Under the pieces are notes generated by a model. That model was not told the origin of the DNA, searched no databases, and saw only the letters and a program-made list of their open reading frames with translations. The position numbers and the translations under genes are program-made. A DNA stretch of 64,000 nt from a virus: positions 32,001 through 96,000 of IMG/VR virus record IMGVR_UViG_3300020442_000009; one strand, given 5' to 3'. This document shows positions 19,298 to 29,753 of the stretch, piece by piece. Numbering within the stretch: position 1 is the first letter of the stretch; every line of letters starts with the position of its first letter.

Positions 19298-19566
19298 GAA
19301 TTTTCTCGATCTCCGCCAAATTCACTAGGAAAATCGGCTTCTTCTATTTGTATTAGATACTTTTCTGCAGCTTTTCTTAATCCCATTTCTGTAATCTGAG
19401 TTCCAGCTTTAGTTAAAACCATAGGCATTCCATCTTGATCTGCATAACAAAGAAGAAAACCTTTAGAAGCTTCTTCAGTATTTCCTGTAAACTCATACAA
19501 TTTTTCAAGAAAAGAAGAAGGTATTTGAAATTGTGGTAAGTTATCTGGGTCTAGATTTTCATTCAT
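19294..19566 (-). CDS. hypothetical protein
   Basis: 90-aa acidic ORF; GTGTA motif 10 nt upstream. Confidence 0.75.
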   Translation of the reverse strand: MNENLDPDNLPQFQIPSSFLEKLYEFTGNTEEASKGFLLCYADQDGMPMVLTKAGTQITEMGLRKAAEKYLIQIEEADFPSEFGGDRENS

Positions 19567-19584
19567 CAGTATATATTACACTAA

Positions 19585-19995
19585 TTAGAGTAAGATGTCG
19601 AGCTTTTTAAAAAACGACTTAGATAATTTATCTTTTTCAAATATTTCAACAAGTTTTATTTCATTTAATTCACAAAAATCATGTTTATCATTATCTCTTT
19701 TTAGTTGCATGAGATAATTGTTTTTGTAATCTCCATGAAAAAAGGGTACATGCTTTGTATGTTGGGCTCCTTGTACTTCAATTGCTATCTTTTGGTTTGC
19801 ATTATAAAAATCAAAAGTCATCCTGCTGCCAGCTACTGGAAACTCTTCAAATACAATTTGCCTTTGCCAATAATCTTTTAAGAAATCTTTTACTGATTTT
19901 TGAAATTTACTTTTACTTGAACCATCCCAGTTTACTAAATATTTATTTATACCTATAACTTTTCTAGTTCTTCCTGTTAAGGTTTTAAACTTCAA
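19585..19995 (-). CDS. DUF559/Vsr-like endonuclease
   Basis: FEEF...FDFY...IAIEVQGAQH...RDNDK. Confidence 0.75.
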   Translation of the reverse strand: MKFKTLTGRTRKVIGINKYLVNWDGSSKSKFQKSVKDFLKDYWQRQIVFEEFPVAGSRMTFDFYNANQKIAIEVQGAQHTKHVPFFHGDYKNNYLMQLKRDNDKHDFCELNEIKLVEIFEKDKLSKSFFKKLDILL

Positions 19996-21698
19996 CCTTC
20001 AATCCTCTCTTCTGGTTTGTAATATTTAAACCTTTCATGAGTAACTGGAGAGGCTAGTAAAACTGCGGGATTAATTTCTCCTTTTAATGTTTCTTGAAAA
20101 ATGTGAGACATCCATGTCTGCTCGTATGGATGAGCCCATTTTGTATTAATAAACATTTTTTTATTACCTTCTCTGTTTACTATCATCGGCCAGTTTGCAT
20201 AGTAAATTTCTCCAGATATGTAAGCTAGACCATCAAGCATATTAATATTTTTAAATTGAGTTCTGGGGGAGTGTGGGTCAAGTCCGGTCACCGGTAATTT
20301 ATTATAATTTGGCCAAATCTCATCTCTTTTAGATTGTGGGACATTATACCAACTTACTTGAATATGGTTATCCATATATACTTCAGTAAAAGATAGCTTA
20401 AGGTAATCAAACTCTTCTTTAAGCATGATCTGATGAAGTTTTTTATATAAATTTGGAACATATTTTTGAAGTCCATTTCTACATATACCTTCATCTGGAT
20501 TTGATATGGTCATATCGTCCTCGAAAAATAAATAAAAGTCTGCATCGCTCTCATCAAAATGTTCTGCAGCAAACTGTCTGCCTCCGCATATGCCTGTATT
20601 CTTTTCTCTAGGCAAATGTTCGAATCCATACTTTTCACACAATTTTTTATTACCTTCTATAGCTTCAGCTGAAGTTGAGTTGTCGATAATAAATTTTTTA
20701 ACGGGATGAGTTAAGAATCCTTCATGCTTTTGTAAAGATTTAATTGTAAACTCTAATTGCTCTGGATAATTAAAAGTTAAAAAATATAAATGTGTTTTAA
20801 TTTTAGAAATGTCATGAACAATTGTCTTAAACTTTTGCATGGGTGATTCCACCTTAACGAGTTCAGCCTCGTCTTTTTCAATCGCTTGGATAAATTTTAC
20901 CACTAAACCATTGCCATCTAATGCATACCTCCTGTAGTTTTCAGGATGAAGATTCGCCATAATACTGAAAACACTCTCTTCTGTACCCATGAAGCCTTCC
21001 GATAAAGATCTATTTAGTAGGGCATAGTATAAGCTATTAGCTTCAGAAAGAAAATCTTTATGTGAACCAAATAAGCCACCCCTACAAACATAATCAACTT
21101 TTTTTCCTGCATATCTATCCATGGCTCTTGAATCAAATCCGTGAATTTCATCTGTAGCTTCATATGGATACGATAAAAATAAAAATGGATCTATTTTTTC
21201 TCTGATCCTATTTAAAATTTTTACATCATAAAAATAATTTTCATAGCATGTTTGACTAATTCCTGCATCGAGCCACATAAAGTAATCTGTATCAAATGGA
21301 TTCCAAATTTTGGCATCATGCATAAAAAACATCTTGGACATCACAATAGGATTGTACCATTCATTACTTGCTTGAGGGCTATTTGGTAGCCAACCATGCT
21401 CTCCAGTAATATGCAGCCACTCTTTGCTTGTCCTGATCTTTTGAGCATTTTCCCAAAAAGGATTGAACATTATATTTTTAATATCATCAAGTTCGTATAC
21501 CCTGATGTAAGTATTTTTTTCAGACCGCCTTTCTCTTACAAATGCTTCTAAGTCTTTAGGGACAAAAAGAACCATTGGGCAAGGTATTTTTAGAAACTTG
21601 TCAAAATGTTCCCTATATATAGAGAAGTCTCTACCGGCTCTAGCTATATCCCAAAGCCCTGTTACGATTGTTAAATTTTCTGCTTGATTTTCATTCAT
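19992..21698 (-). CDS. HtrL/YibB (WlaTC)-family domain fused to a GT-A glycosyltransferase domain
   Basis: LTIVTGLWDI, YFMWLDAG, RGGLFG, GTEESVF; second domain IIDNS...FFEDD. Confidence 0.75.
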   Translation of the reverse strand: MNENQAENLTIVTGLWDIARAGRDFSIYREHFDKFLKIPCPMVLFVPKDLEAFVRERRSEKNTYIRVYELDDIKNIMFNPFWENAQKIRTSKEWLHITGEHGWLPNSPQASNEWYNPIVMSKMFFMHDAKIWNPFDTDYFMWLDAGISQTCYENYFYDVKILNRIREKIDPFLFLSYPYEATDEIHGFDSRAMDRYAGKKVDYVCRGGLFGSHKDFLSEANSLYYALLNRSLSEGFMGTEESVFSIMANLHPENYRRYALDGNGLVVKFIQAIEKDEAELVKVESPMQKFKTIVHDISKIKTHLYFLTFNYPEQLEFTIKSLQKHEGFLTHPVKKFIIDNSTSAEAIEGNKKLCEKYGFEHLPREKNTGICGGRQFAAEHFDESDADFYLFFEDDMTISNPDEGICRNGLQKYVPNLYKKLHQIMLKEEFDYLKLSFTEVYMDNHIQVSWYNVPQSKRDEIWPNYNKLPVTGLDPHSPRTQFKNINMLDGLAYISGEIYYANWPMIVNREGNKKMFINTKWAHPYEQTWMSHIFQETLKGEINPAVLLASPVTHERFKYYKPEERIEG

Positions 21699-22639
21699 TG
21701 ATCTAAAATGCCAGATTGTTCTATTAGTTTAAAAGAGTTTTCTACAATTTTTTCAGTAGTAAAATATTTTTTATAAAAATTATATCCATTTGCTCCTACT
21801 TTTTTTAATAAATTAGTGTTGTCTTTTATTTCTTGATATTTTTCTATAACACTTTCTTTTAATTTATCTAAATCTTTAGGTATGGGAGTTACTGTCTCAT
21901 AGCTAGGTTCCCATTCTATAGGAAAATAAACATCGTCAGGAATGTCAACAATTAATTTTGAAGTAAATCTAGGTCTTATAAAAGGTATTCCAGCTCTCCA
22001 GTATTCGATGTCTCTGTTGCACATATCTCTAATTCCAGACATGGAGAAGCACAGTTTTGCTTCACACATTTTTGTTTTATAGTCTTTTTCTTTTGACCCT
22101 TTTATATCTATTCCCTTTACTCCGCAATCCTCAAGCCGTTTGACTAAATTTCTAACGGTACTAATGTATAGACCCCTGAAATAAATTGATTCATTTTGAG
22201 GTTTATAACAGTTTTCTGGGTATAATGTCTCCCAGTTCCAAGGTCTAAAGTACCAAGGTTTTACTTTATGTCTAATATCTTCACGAACATCTCTGTCGAT
22301 AATTTTTTGATCATAATGACCTGAGTGAAGTACTACCAATTGTTCTCTTGGTATGTCGGAATAGCCTCCTGTGAGTTGTCTTAGGTCAAAATAGGTGGAA
22401 AAAATTAAACACTTTTCTGTTTTAGGGTTTGAAATGAGGGTGCTATTTGGATTAAAAGATGTTTTGTGTCCATATAAGTTATACTGGGGCCATCCTGATT
22501 GGTTTTTTGAGTTAGCTTTTTCAGCAAGCTCAATATCAAAACCTTTACTTTCTAGTAATTTTAGCAGCCTAATGTTAAAATCCCAAAACCACTCCAGTTT
22601 AGACTTTCCATTTACTCCTCCTATGTAATTAAGTTTCAT
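21695..22639 (-). CDS. putative GT-B glycosyltransferase
   Basis: IYFRG...CFSMSG...CNRDIEY...GANGYNFY; cluster context. Confidence 0.5.
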   Translation of the reverse strand: MKLNYIGGVNGKSKLEWFWDFNIRLLKLLESKGFDIELAEKANSKNQSGWPQYNLYGHKTSFNPNSTLISNPKTEKCLIFSTYFDLRQLTGGYSDIPREQLVVLHSGHYDQKIIDRDVREDIRHKVKPWYFRPWNWETLYPENCYKPQNESIYFRGLYISTVRNLVKRLEDCGVKGIDIKGSKEKDYKTKMCEAKLCFSMSGIRDMCNRDIEYWRAGIPFIRPRFTSKLIVDIPDDVYFPIEWEPSYETVTPIPKDLDKLKESVIEKYQEIKDNTNLLKKVGANGYNFYKKYFTTEKIVENSFKLIEQSGILDQ

Positions 22640-23253
22640 TATTGTTTTTCAGCACATAACCAAACTTTTTTACTAAACTCCTCTTGCATAAAATGCTTTA
22701 AGTTGTTTTCTTCAAATTTATTTTTTATGTGAGAGTATTCAATTTCATGCCAGTTCCAAATTTTATCTTTTATGTAATCATTAAAAAAGTTTTTATCATG
22801 AGCATAATCATGAGCCATAATGAAATCTCCAGACTTTAAGAAAGAACTAAGTAAATTAAATTCTCTGTATTTACATCCACCATCACATAACAATAATGTT
22901 TTTTTTGAATTATTTAAATATTCATGAATGGATGCATCTTCTTTAATTTTATCCATAACATTGTTGAAAATATTCTCATCATATTTAATAATTTCACCTC
23001 TGGATAAGTAGGGCTCCATTCCTCTTGTTCCTGTATTAGGGTCATATGTAATAATTTTGCAAGAATCATTGCCGCATTCATTTAAGGCATCTCTAACTAT
23101 TAATGTAGTTCCAGCCTGAGCAGTTCCTATTTCAATTACTTGATCGAAAGTAATCTGTTGAAAAAGTTTTAAGAAAGTATCATAGATACCTTCTACTTGC
23201 ATTGCTGTAACAGTATGACCTAACTTTGATTTGTATGCAAACCATCCCTTCAT
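22639..23253 (-). CDS. class I SAM methyltransferase (CmcI/Methyltransf_24-like)
   Basis: VIEIGTAQAG, LLCDGG, GDFIMAHD. Confidence 0.7.
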   Translation of the reverse strand: MKGWFAYKSKLGHTVTAMQVEGIYDTFLKLFQQITFDQVIEIGTAQAGTTLIVRDALNECGNDSCKIITYDPNTGTRGMEPYLSRGEIIKYDENIFNNVMDKIKEDASIHEYLNNSKKTLLLCDGGCKYREFNLLSSFLKSGDFIMAHDYAHDKNFFNDYIKDKIWNWHEIEYSHIKNKFEENNLKHFMQEEFSKKVWLCAEKQ

Positions 23254-23254
23254 T

Positions 23255-24502
23255 TTATAATGTACTTTCTACTCTTTCGGCCCAGCCTTTTGATTTACTG
23301 TGAGCCCACATGACCCACTTTGTTGGCTTGCCTTTTGTGTTTTGATTAAATATATTTTCAAAGCTTAACCATTCTCCTGACTGAGAAAATTCTCTTTTAA
23401 TTCTAGCTTCATCCCAATCATCTCTAAATACAGAATTGCCATCTTTATCATCAAATGCAACAATCATACAATCATAATCATTACCTTTAAATTCAGATTT
23501 GTTTACATTAATACAGTGATAAAAAGAATCCACCCAAGGGTTTGTTTCTTCGTCTACTGGAGGATTATGTGGAACCTTATGGTCTAATGTATATTGCTGT
23601 ATTCTGTGATTAGTAAAATCTAAACCTGCAAAATTTTGATAATCTTCTATGGTTCTTTCGTTTCCAATATCAAAATCAGTAAGATCAAAGCCGTTGTCTT
23701 CAACTCGCAATAATTGGCGTATTTTTGCTCTCGCTTTCTCTTGGCCCTTGTTAAAATCTTTCCCAGCTTTATAAAAATCATCCCATACTAATATACCATC
23801 TCTTTCTTCCCTCATTGTAGCATGCCAAATAACTGGTTTAGGTAGGTGATATATATCATAGCCGTGGGTATACCCCCTGATTGTCATGTGCAATTCTTCG
23901 CCGCTAAACACAATATCTGGGTCATGCCTAATTGTTTTTCCCCAATCATTACTTGAAAATAAGAAATGTCCAGAAACGTATCTTCCTGCAATGGGCTCTT
24001 TTGTGTTTGGGTAATGGCCCGGTCTTACAAAACATGTGCCATGAGGGTAGAAACAAACTACATGCGTTTGCCAAGTTTCATTGACTCGATCTTTAGGGTC
24101 ATTAAATGGATTGTAATAGGGTAAGTAACCTCCTATGATTACCTTCTTTGATTTTTTTAAAAGTTTATTATGTAGCCTGATTAGATAATCATCCCAATTC
24201 TTGTCAAACCTGTGGTGAGAATCTAATTGTAATAAATAATCTTCATCAGTTAGAAGTTCATCGTTGATTAAGCCTCTAGCATAAGGTAATCCTTTAGCTT
24301 CGTTGTAAGGTATATCAATAATTTTAAACCTAGGGTCTGATCTAAATTCATCTATGTTATCAAATTTATCTTGTTCGTTAAACTGCCTACAGATACCAAA
24401 GTAAATTCTCTTAGGGTGCTTTGCATTTTCTAAAGCACTTTTAATTGTTGGAAGCAATTCTGGCTCTCTGTATGCAGGAAGATGAACTAAGATTGATTTC
24501 AT
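23255..24502 (-). CDS. GT60-like (Skp1-hydroxyproline GlcNAc-transferase-like) glycosyltransferase, paralog 1
   Basis: AYREPEL, GLPYAR, LQLDSHHRFDKNWD, SGHFLF, FSGEE...THGYD. Confidence 0.8.
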   Translation of the reverse strand: MKSILVHLPAYREPELLPTIKSALENAKHPKRIYFGICRQFNEQDKFDNIDEFRSDPRFKIIDIPYNEAKGLPYARGLINDELLTDEDYLLQLDSHHRFDKNWDDYLIRLHNKLLKKSKKVIIGGYLPYYNPFNDPKDRVNETWQTHVVCFYPHGTCFVRPGHYPNTKEPIAGRYVSGHFLFSSNDWGKTIRHDPDIVFSGEELHMTIRGYTHGYDIYHLPKPVIWHATMREERDGILVWDDFYKAGKDFNKGQEKARAKIRQLLRVEDNGFDLTDFDIGNERTIEDYQNFAGLDFTNHRIQQYTLDHKVPHNPPVDEETNPWVDSFYHCINVNKSEFKGNDYDCMIVAFDDKDGNSVFRDDWDEARIKREFSQSGEWLSFENIFNQNTKGKPTKWVMWAHSKSKGWAERVESTL

Positions 24503-25764
24503 ATGTGAGGTATTTCTCCTTCAATAATTTCCATCCAACCTTTTTCTTTGCTATGAGGCCACACTAGCCATTTTTTTGGAATAACACTAGTATTAAAATC
24601 TCTCCACATTCTAACAAAATCATCACTAGGATCGTTTAACATTAAATTATTTAATTCATTTTCATCTGCATCAAGTCTTACTAATTCTTTTCCATTTTTA
24701 TCTTTAAATGCAACAACCCAAACATCATAATCTTTTTCTGTAAATGCAGGCTTATGTATATCTATACAATATTTAAATTTTGAAACAAACTTTGCATCAT
24801 ATTTCTTTTTATCTTTTATGAATTTTATTGGAGGAACTTTTCTGTCATAAGTGTCTTGATGTACTCTCCTGTCCTTGAATTTAATGCCCGCATACCTTTC
24901 GTAATCTACAAGACTTCTAACTTTTCCTAGACCATACTTTGGAAAATGTTTTCTTCTGATTCCATCCACTCCAAGAAGCTCTTTAAATCTTAAAAAACTT
25001 TTGTTATTTAATTCTTCCCATTTGGCAACATCATCCCAATGTCTTGAGCCTTTTGCTCTTGTATAATGATGCCAAAACCAAGGTCTGTGAAGGTGAAATA
25101 AGTCATACCCATGAGTAAAAGCTCTGACTGCAAGAGAGCTTTCTTCTCCATGAAAATATAGATGGGGATCATATGGAACCTCTTTAACAAAGTTGCCCTG
25201 AGAGAATAAAAAATGACCAGATAAAAATCTAGCTCGCTCTGGTTCAGCTTTTTTATCTTGTATGCTTTCTGGAAAAATAAAAATAGGTCCTTCTGGCATA
25301 AATCTATCTATGTATGTTCTCCAAACATCATTTAGTTTATCTTCATTCTTTGAACCTGTGTCTGGGTCATAAGAAGGCAAGTAAGAAGAGATGATGGGTT
25401 TTTTGTGACCTTTTTTAATTAAAGATCTAAATGTTTTTTTAATTTTAAAATCCCAATCTTTTATAAATCTATGGTGAGAATCTAATTGAAAATAAAACTC
25501 TTCATCATCATATAGTTTTTGAATTTTATGCCTAGCATTGCATACTCCTACGGATTTACTCCATAGTGTTTCAATGATTTTAAATCTTTTATCTTTTTTA
25601 TATTTGGTTAAATCATCGAAGCCATCGTCTGGGTGGTACTGCCTTGATATTGCAAACACTAAATTCTGTGGCATTTTAGCATTTTTAATGCAGTCTTCTA
25701 TTGTTGGTATTAGCTCAGAATCTCTGTAGCTTGCTATAGAAATAAAAATTTTATTTTTCTTCAT
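24499..25764 (-). CDS. GT60-like glycosyltransferase, paralog 2
   Basis: IFISIASYRD, GVCNAR, FQLDSHHRFIKDWD, YFHGEE...THGYD; likely ATG 25764. Confidence 0.82.
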   Translation of the reverse strand: MKKNKIFISIASYRDSELIPTIEDCIKNAKMPQNLVFAISRQYHPDDGFDDLTKYKKDKRFKIIETLWSKSVGVCNARHKIQKLYDDEEFYFQLDSHHRFIKDWDFKIKKTFRSLIKKGHKKPIISSYLPSYDPDTGSKNEDKLNDVWRTYIDRFMPEGPIFIFPESIQDKKAEPERARFLSGHFLFSQGNFVKEVPYDPHLYFHGEESSLAVRAFTHGYDLFHLHRPWFWHHYTRAKGSRHWDDVAKWEELNNKSFLRFKELLGVDGIRRKHFPKYGLGKVRSLVDYERYAGIKFKDRRVHQDTYDRKVPPIKFIKDKKKYDAKFVSKFKYCIDIHKPAFTEKDYDVWVVAFKDKNGKELVRLDADENELNNLMLNDPSDDFVRMWRDFNTSVIPKKWLVWPHSKEKGWMEIIEGEIPHI

Positions 25765-26845
25765 TAAATATTTTCCTAACAATTGTTTCGAAGTGCTTTC
25801 TTATATTAATATTTGACTCTATTAGTTCAAGTAATTTTTGATCTCCTTGTATTTTTTCAGGACAATCAATTTTTGATTTTTTGAGGTCAGATAAAAGGTC
25901 TTCATCGAAGGATATCCAAGCTCCTTTTTTTTCTATAAATCCCCAAAGATACATCATGTCTATAATTTCTTTTTCTTTCCATATGGAATTACCATCGATT
26001 CTCCCATAGCGAATTGGATACCTGACTTGGGCTCCAGTTTTTTCATTAACACTTTTTCTAAATCTAATTTTGCAATAGTGGCCAATTGGATTGCCCTTGT
26101 CTTCTAGTTTTGTTGCCGAAGGATTTTGCCACATGATATCATTGTTGTATCTTTCTTCAAATTCTAAAATAAAATTAGCATAATGCTTTATTGCATTACC
26201 TCCAGCTTGTTTTACTTTTGGACCTCCTCTTGCAGCATATGGATTGGAAGCTACCTCAACTCTAACTTGAGAAGTAAGTAACATCATATGTCCCATTTTG
26301 GTGATAGGTAGTACCATCTTTTTTAAAAAAACTGATGTAACTAATGCTCCCCCGGCAACTTGTTCACTTTCTGCAAAAGGTTTGTCTACATCATTCATTC
26401 TGCAAAGAGCATCTACACTATCAATAATAAACATATATTTTTTACTTTCTTCATTATTGAATACTAGATCCCTTATAAACTCAAAAACTTTTTCAAAAAT
26501 ATTACAGTCTAATACAAAAAACTTTTCAGGGTCTTGGTCTACTCCTGTTCTTTTTAACATTTCTTTGCTTAGCCTACCTTCTGATTTTACTATGACAACC
26601 ATTCCATTTTTACCAAAATGTGATTGAAAATTTTTAGCAACTGTTAGTGCGCAGCTAGTTTTTCCTCCTTCATTAACTCCTGTGAACCGATGAGCTCCTG
26701 CGGGAAATCCTCCACCTAATGCGAGGTCTAAATTTAAACTTCCACTGGATACTTTGTAGTCTTCTTCTTCGAAATTATTGAAATGATATTTTTGATTGTC
26801 CTTGTCTTGTAAGAACTTATTGATTTGATCTAATGTTTTGCTCAT
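25751..26845 (-). CDS. recA: RecA/UvsX recombinase
   Basis: SSGSLNLDLALGGG, GVNEGGKT, IIDSV, SQVR, GGNAIKHYA. Confidence 0.9.
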   Translation of the reverse strand: MSKTLDQINKFLQDKDNQKYHFNNFEEEDYKVSSGSLNLDLALGGGFPAGAHRFTGVNEGGKTSCALTVAKNFQSHFGKNGMVVIVKSEGRLSKEMLKRTGVDQDPEKFFVLDCNIFEKVFEFIRDLVFNNEESKKYMFIIDSVDALCRMNDVDKPFAESEQVAGGALVTSVFLKKMVLPITKMGHMMLLTSQVRVEVASNPYAARGGPKVKQAGGNAIKHYANFILEFEERYNNDIMWQNPSATKLEDKGNPIGHYCKIRFRKSVNEKTGAQVRYPIRYGRIDGNSIWKEKEIIDMMYLWGFIEKKGAWISFDEDLLSDLKKSKIDCPEKIQGDQKLLELIESNINIRKHFETIVRKIFNEEK

Positions 26846-27174
26846 GATAAAAACTCTCTAATTGTTTTTGGTTTTTTGTTTATAATTGCATCCTTGCCAC
26901 TTTTTTCTCCAAGAGTTTGACTTGTTATCTCTGGTAACTTATAATGAAATTCATTATACTTTTTTTCAAGAATTTTTTTTCCGTAGTCTGATTTTAATAT
27001 ACGAAGCGAATCCCATTCTTGGTTAAAATTTACTTTACTCCAAAACTCCATATTTGGATAGTTTTCTAGGAGGTCATTAAATAATTTAAATTCCCTTTTC
27101 CAAAATACAGCTCTCTGATTTGGGGGAATTTGTATAATTCTTTTTAATATTTCTCTCTTATTATACTTTGTCAC
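26842..27174 (-). CDS. hypothetical protein
   Basis: 110-aa ORF coupled to recA; GTG start 6 nt after a -10 box. Confidence 0.7.
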   Translation of the reverse strand: MTKYNKREILKRIIQIPPNQRAVFWKREFKLFNDLLENYPNMEFWSKVNFNQEWDSLRILKSDYGKKILEKKYNEFHYKLPEITSQTLGEKSGKDAIINKKPKTIREFLS

Positions 27175-27180
27175 TAAAGT

Positions 27181-27209
27181 ATAATAGCATATACAAAAAC
27201 AAAAGTCAA
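27181..27209 (-). promoter_or_regulatory. sigma-70-type promoter TTGACT-17-TATTAT, likely leaderless
   Basis: -35 at 27204-27209, -10 at 27181-27186. Confidence 0.72.
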
Positions 27210-27216
27210 CAATATT

Positions 27217-28431
27217 TTATACTAAAGGTTTATTTAGTGGAGTTTTAATCGACTTGCCTTGTGGATGAGTTCCGCAAGAATGATCAATGTCGCTTAGTCT
27301 GCCTCCATCACTTTGGTAATTTCCGTCCCTGCAAGATGCACCTTGTGGGTGACCCTCTCCAAAAGTATTAGTACCTTCATTGCAATCATCAAAACACATT
27401 TCTCGATACCTATCGGTGGCGGCACTAAAACTTTTAGAAGATGTGAAATTACTGTCTGTGTGAATTTCCGATAAACAATTTTCTAATTCTCCGTCTGGGT
27501 CATCATCCCACTCTTCCCCACAGGGAGATTCACTAACTAGGATTGAATCGGAGTCGTAGCAAGTCCATTGGTCCTCAGGTAGACTTTCTTCGCCTTTACA
27601 AGGACGTGGACTTTCGACGACTACATAATATGGAACATTTAAAGTACGCTCATAACAATCAATGCAATGATTGGCTTGGTCATAAATAGTTGCTTTAGCC
27701 CAGTCTGCTCTTGCATTGCAAATATTGCATTCATGACCCCATGTTGTTTTGTCTTTATCTGAACCTTTAGGTGAACAGGGTTGATCTGCAGATGCCACAT
27801 CAGAAGTTATTGCCCATTTATCCCAGTCTAATAATAATTTTCCTTTTGTTACATATATATTAGCTTTTAATGTACCATTACTATCAATTAATTCACCTCC
27901 ATTATTAATGGAAAATTCCCTACTATATCTATCTGCTTCTTGTGTGAGTATGTCGTAGGGTGGATATTTAGGATCATTTGGCAAATTCACTGGTCTGCCT
28001 AGAACTGTATTAGGGATTGTTATATCTTTGCCGTAATCATTAATATAAAAATGTTCATTGCTGGTAGGTGCAGAGTCTTTACCTACAGTAACTCCATATT
28101 CATTGGTATATAATGATCCATCCACTTCAAAGCCATATTCAGCTGGTTCTTCTTCGTATTTTCCTGAACAATCTAAAAGTATAGCTTCGCAGCCTCTAGC
28201 AACCGGAGCATCTACTCTAAACCAATAATCATCAGATTTTAATCCGTGGTAATCTCCAGACATTAAATTACAAGGAACTTTACCGACACTTGGTTCTCTT
28301 ATGCAGTGAGACTCTACTCTATGAACGTCGCCTCCTTGTTTATTAATTAGGTAATAATGGTCGGTTTTATTATTTTCTTCATCCTTTCTGTTTAGGATGT
28401 AATGTACATGTGTGTATGCTTTGTATGACAT
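27217..28431 (-). CDS. Cys-rich acidic hypothetical protein
   Basis: 404 aa, 17 Cys by manual count including CNIC and CIDC; no family recognised. Confidence 0.8.
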   Translation of the reverse strand: MSYKAYTHVHYILNRKDEENNKTDHYYLINKQGGDVHRVESHCIREPSVGKVPCNLMSGDYHGLKSDDYWFRVDAPVARGCEAILLDCSGKYEEEPAEYGFEVDGSLYTNEYGVTVGKDSAPTSNEHFYINDYGKDITIPNTVLGRPVNLPNDPKYPPYDILTQEADRYSREFSINNGGELIDSNGTLKANIYVTKGKLLLDWDKWAITSDVASADQPCSPKGSDKDKTTWGHECNICNARADWAKATIYDQANHCIDCYERTLNVPYYVVVESPRPCKGEESLPEDQWTCYDSDSILVSESPCGEEWDDDPDGELENCLSEIHTDSNFTSSKSFSAATDRYREMCFDDCNEGTNTFGEGHPQGASCRDGNYQSDGGRLSDIDHSCGTHPQGKSIKTPLNKPLV

Positions 28432-28433
28432 AT

Positions 28434-29444
28434 TTATCCCGCAGTAGTAATTAAATGTGAAGTTTCAAAATTTCCACCATGTTTTGCATTGTACCAACTT
28501 GTTAATTGTTCAACACAATCTTGACACCCACCTTCGTCTGCATCTCTAGAAGTTCCAGTAAATTCTAGCGTACCTTCTTGTCTCTCGTGAGTAAGGTCGT
28601 CTGTAGGAGATGTTGAATTTATCATATCTGGGGTGGCATTTTTAGCACAGGTTTTACATGTTCGAATATTAAGCTCATGTTTTTTTCCACCCGGAGATTT
28701 TGAATCTACTTTGATTGTAACTTTAGTTTTTGTGACTGTTATGATTAATTGTTCTTGTGTGTGTGTATGGAAATTACTTGTGTAAAATTTATCAAACTCA
28801 TCAAAAAGAACTTTAGTTTTTAAAGTTTCAATTTTTTTAATGTATGTATGAGCAAAAACTTCATGATTAAAACCATTATAAGTTGAATCTAGCATTTTTA
28901 AGCCTGTATCTTTATGAGTTTTATTTGTGTAAGGCTTTTGGACTCCATAAGGGTGGTTTCCTGCATCAGACATGTCATAACCCACAAAAAGTTGGTTGTA
29001 TTCATAGTCTAAAGATGAATGTCTATGTGACAAACCTACTGCTGCTGGAGTTATATTTCTTCTTTTAAATGAATGATAGTAAGACTGCGCAATTAGGCAG
29101 CATTTTTCCTTGTTTTCGGAAGGGAAAACAGCTGTTGAGCCTTGTAGGTCAAATGTACCCCTACTAGCATCATACATTCCTGCTACTCCGTAGGCTTTAG
29201 CCTGATCAACTTCATCATACAATAATTTAAAACAATAAGAATCAATGCCTTTGCAACCCTTTGAGGTTTTTTTTGTACCAATTATTTTGTATGGAACACA
29301 TAAATCACTACCAACAAATTTTTCATCTGCATCTTTGAAAAATTTCCAAAAGTCTAAACTCCATTTTTTATTTTTGTCAATTCCCATGCTTGATCCCAAT
29401 GGGAACATCATGACTTCTTTTCTAGTTAGAGGAGTGTTTTGCAT
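28434..29444 (-). CDS. Cys-containing hypothetical protein
   Basis: 336 aa; CKTC and CQDC. Confidence 0.8.
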   Translation of the reverse strand: MQNTPLTRKEVMMFPLGSSMGIDKNKKWSLDFWKFFKDADEKFVGSDLCVPYKIIGTKKTSKGCKGIDSYCFKLLYDEVDQAKAYGVAGMYDASRGTFDLQGSTAVFPSENKEKCCLIAQSYYHSFKRRNITPAAVGLSHRHSSLDYEYNQLFVGYDMSDAGNHPYGVQKPYTNKTHKDTGLKMLDSTYNGFNHEVFAHTYIKKIETLKTKVLFDEFDKFYTSNFHTHTQEQLIITVTKTKVTIKVDSKSPGGKKHELNIRTCKTCAKNATPDMINSTSPTDDLTHERQEGTLEFTGTSRDADEGGCQDCVEQLTSWYNAKHGGNFETSHLITTAG

Positions 29445-29450
29445 GGCATT

Positions 29451-29753
29451 TTATCTCCGATAACCTCGACCATCGTGGGGTGGGTGTATGTCCCTATATG
29501 CTCTGTGATCACTTTTAATCGCTCTCCTCGCTTTCGCTGTAGTTATATGAGAGGAGTCAAAAACAAAAACAGGATCTCCTAGTGCAGAAAGTAATTTCGC
29601 TGCATTGCCTTTGCTGTAGGCTATATATGCTAAATCACTTGCACTAGTCTGGTCTATTTCTCTCTTTTTAGCATTCCATATCTCATAATTACCAAAGTAT
29701 CCATTGGCACTCGGATCTTTACATGCATCACACTTTCCGTTTACATCACCCAC
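29451..29753 (-). CDS. hypothetical protein
   Basis: 100 aa; N-terminal CDAC. Confidence 0.65.
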   Translation of the reverse strand: MGDVNGKCDACKDPSANGYFGNYEIWNAKKREIDQTSASDLAYIAYSKGNAAKLLSALGDPVFVFDSSHITTAKARRAIKSDHRAYRDIHPPHDGRGYRR

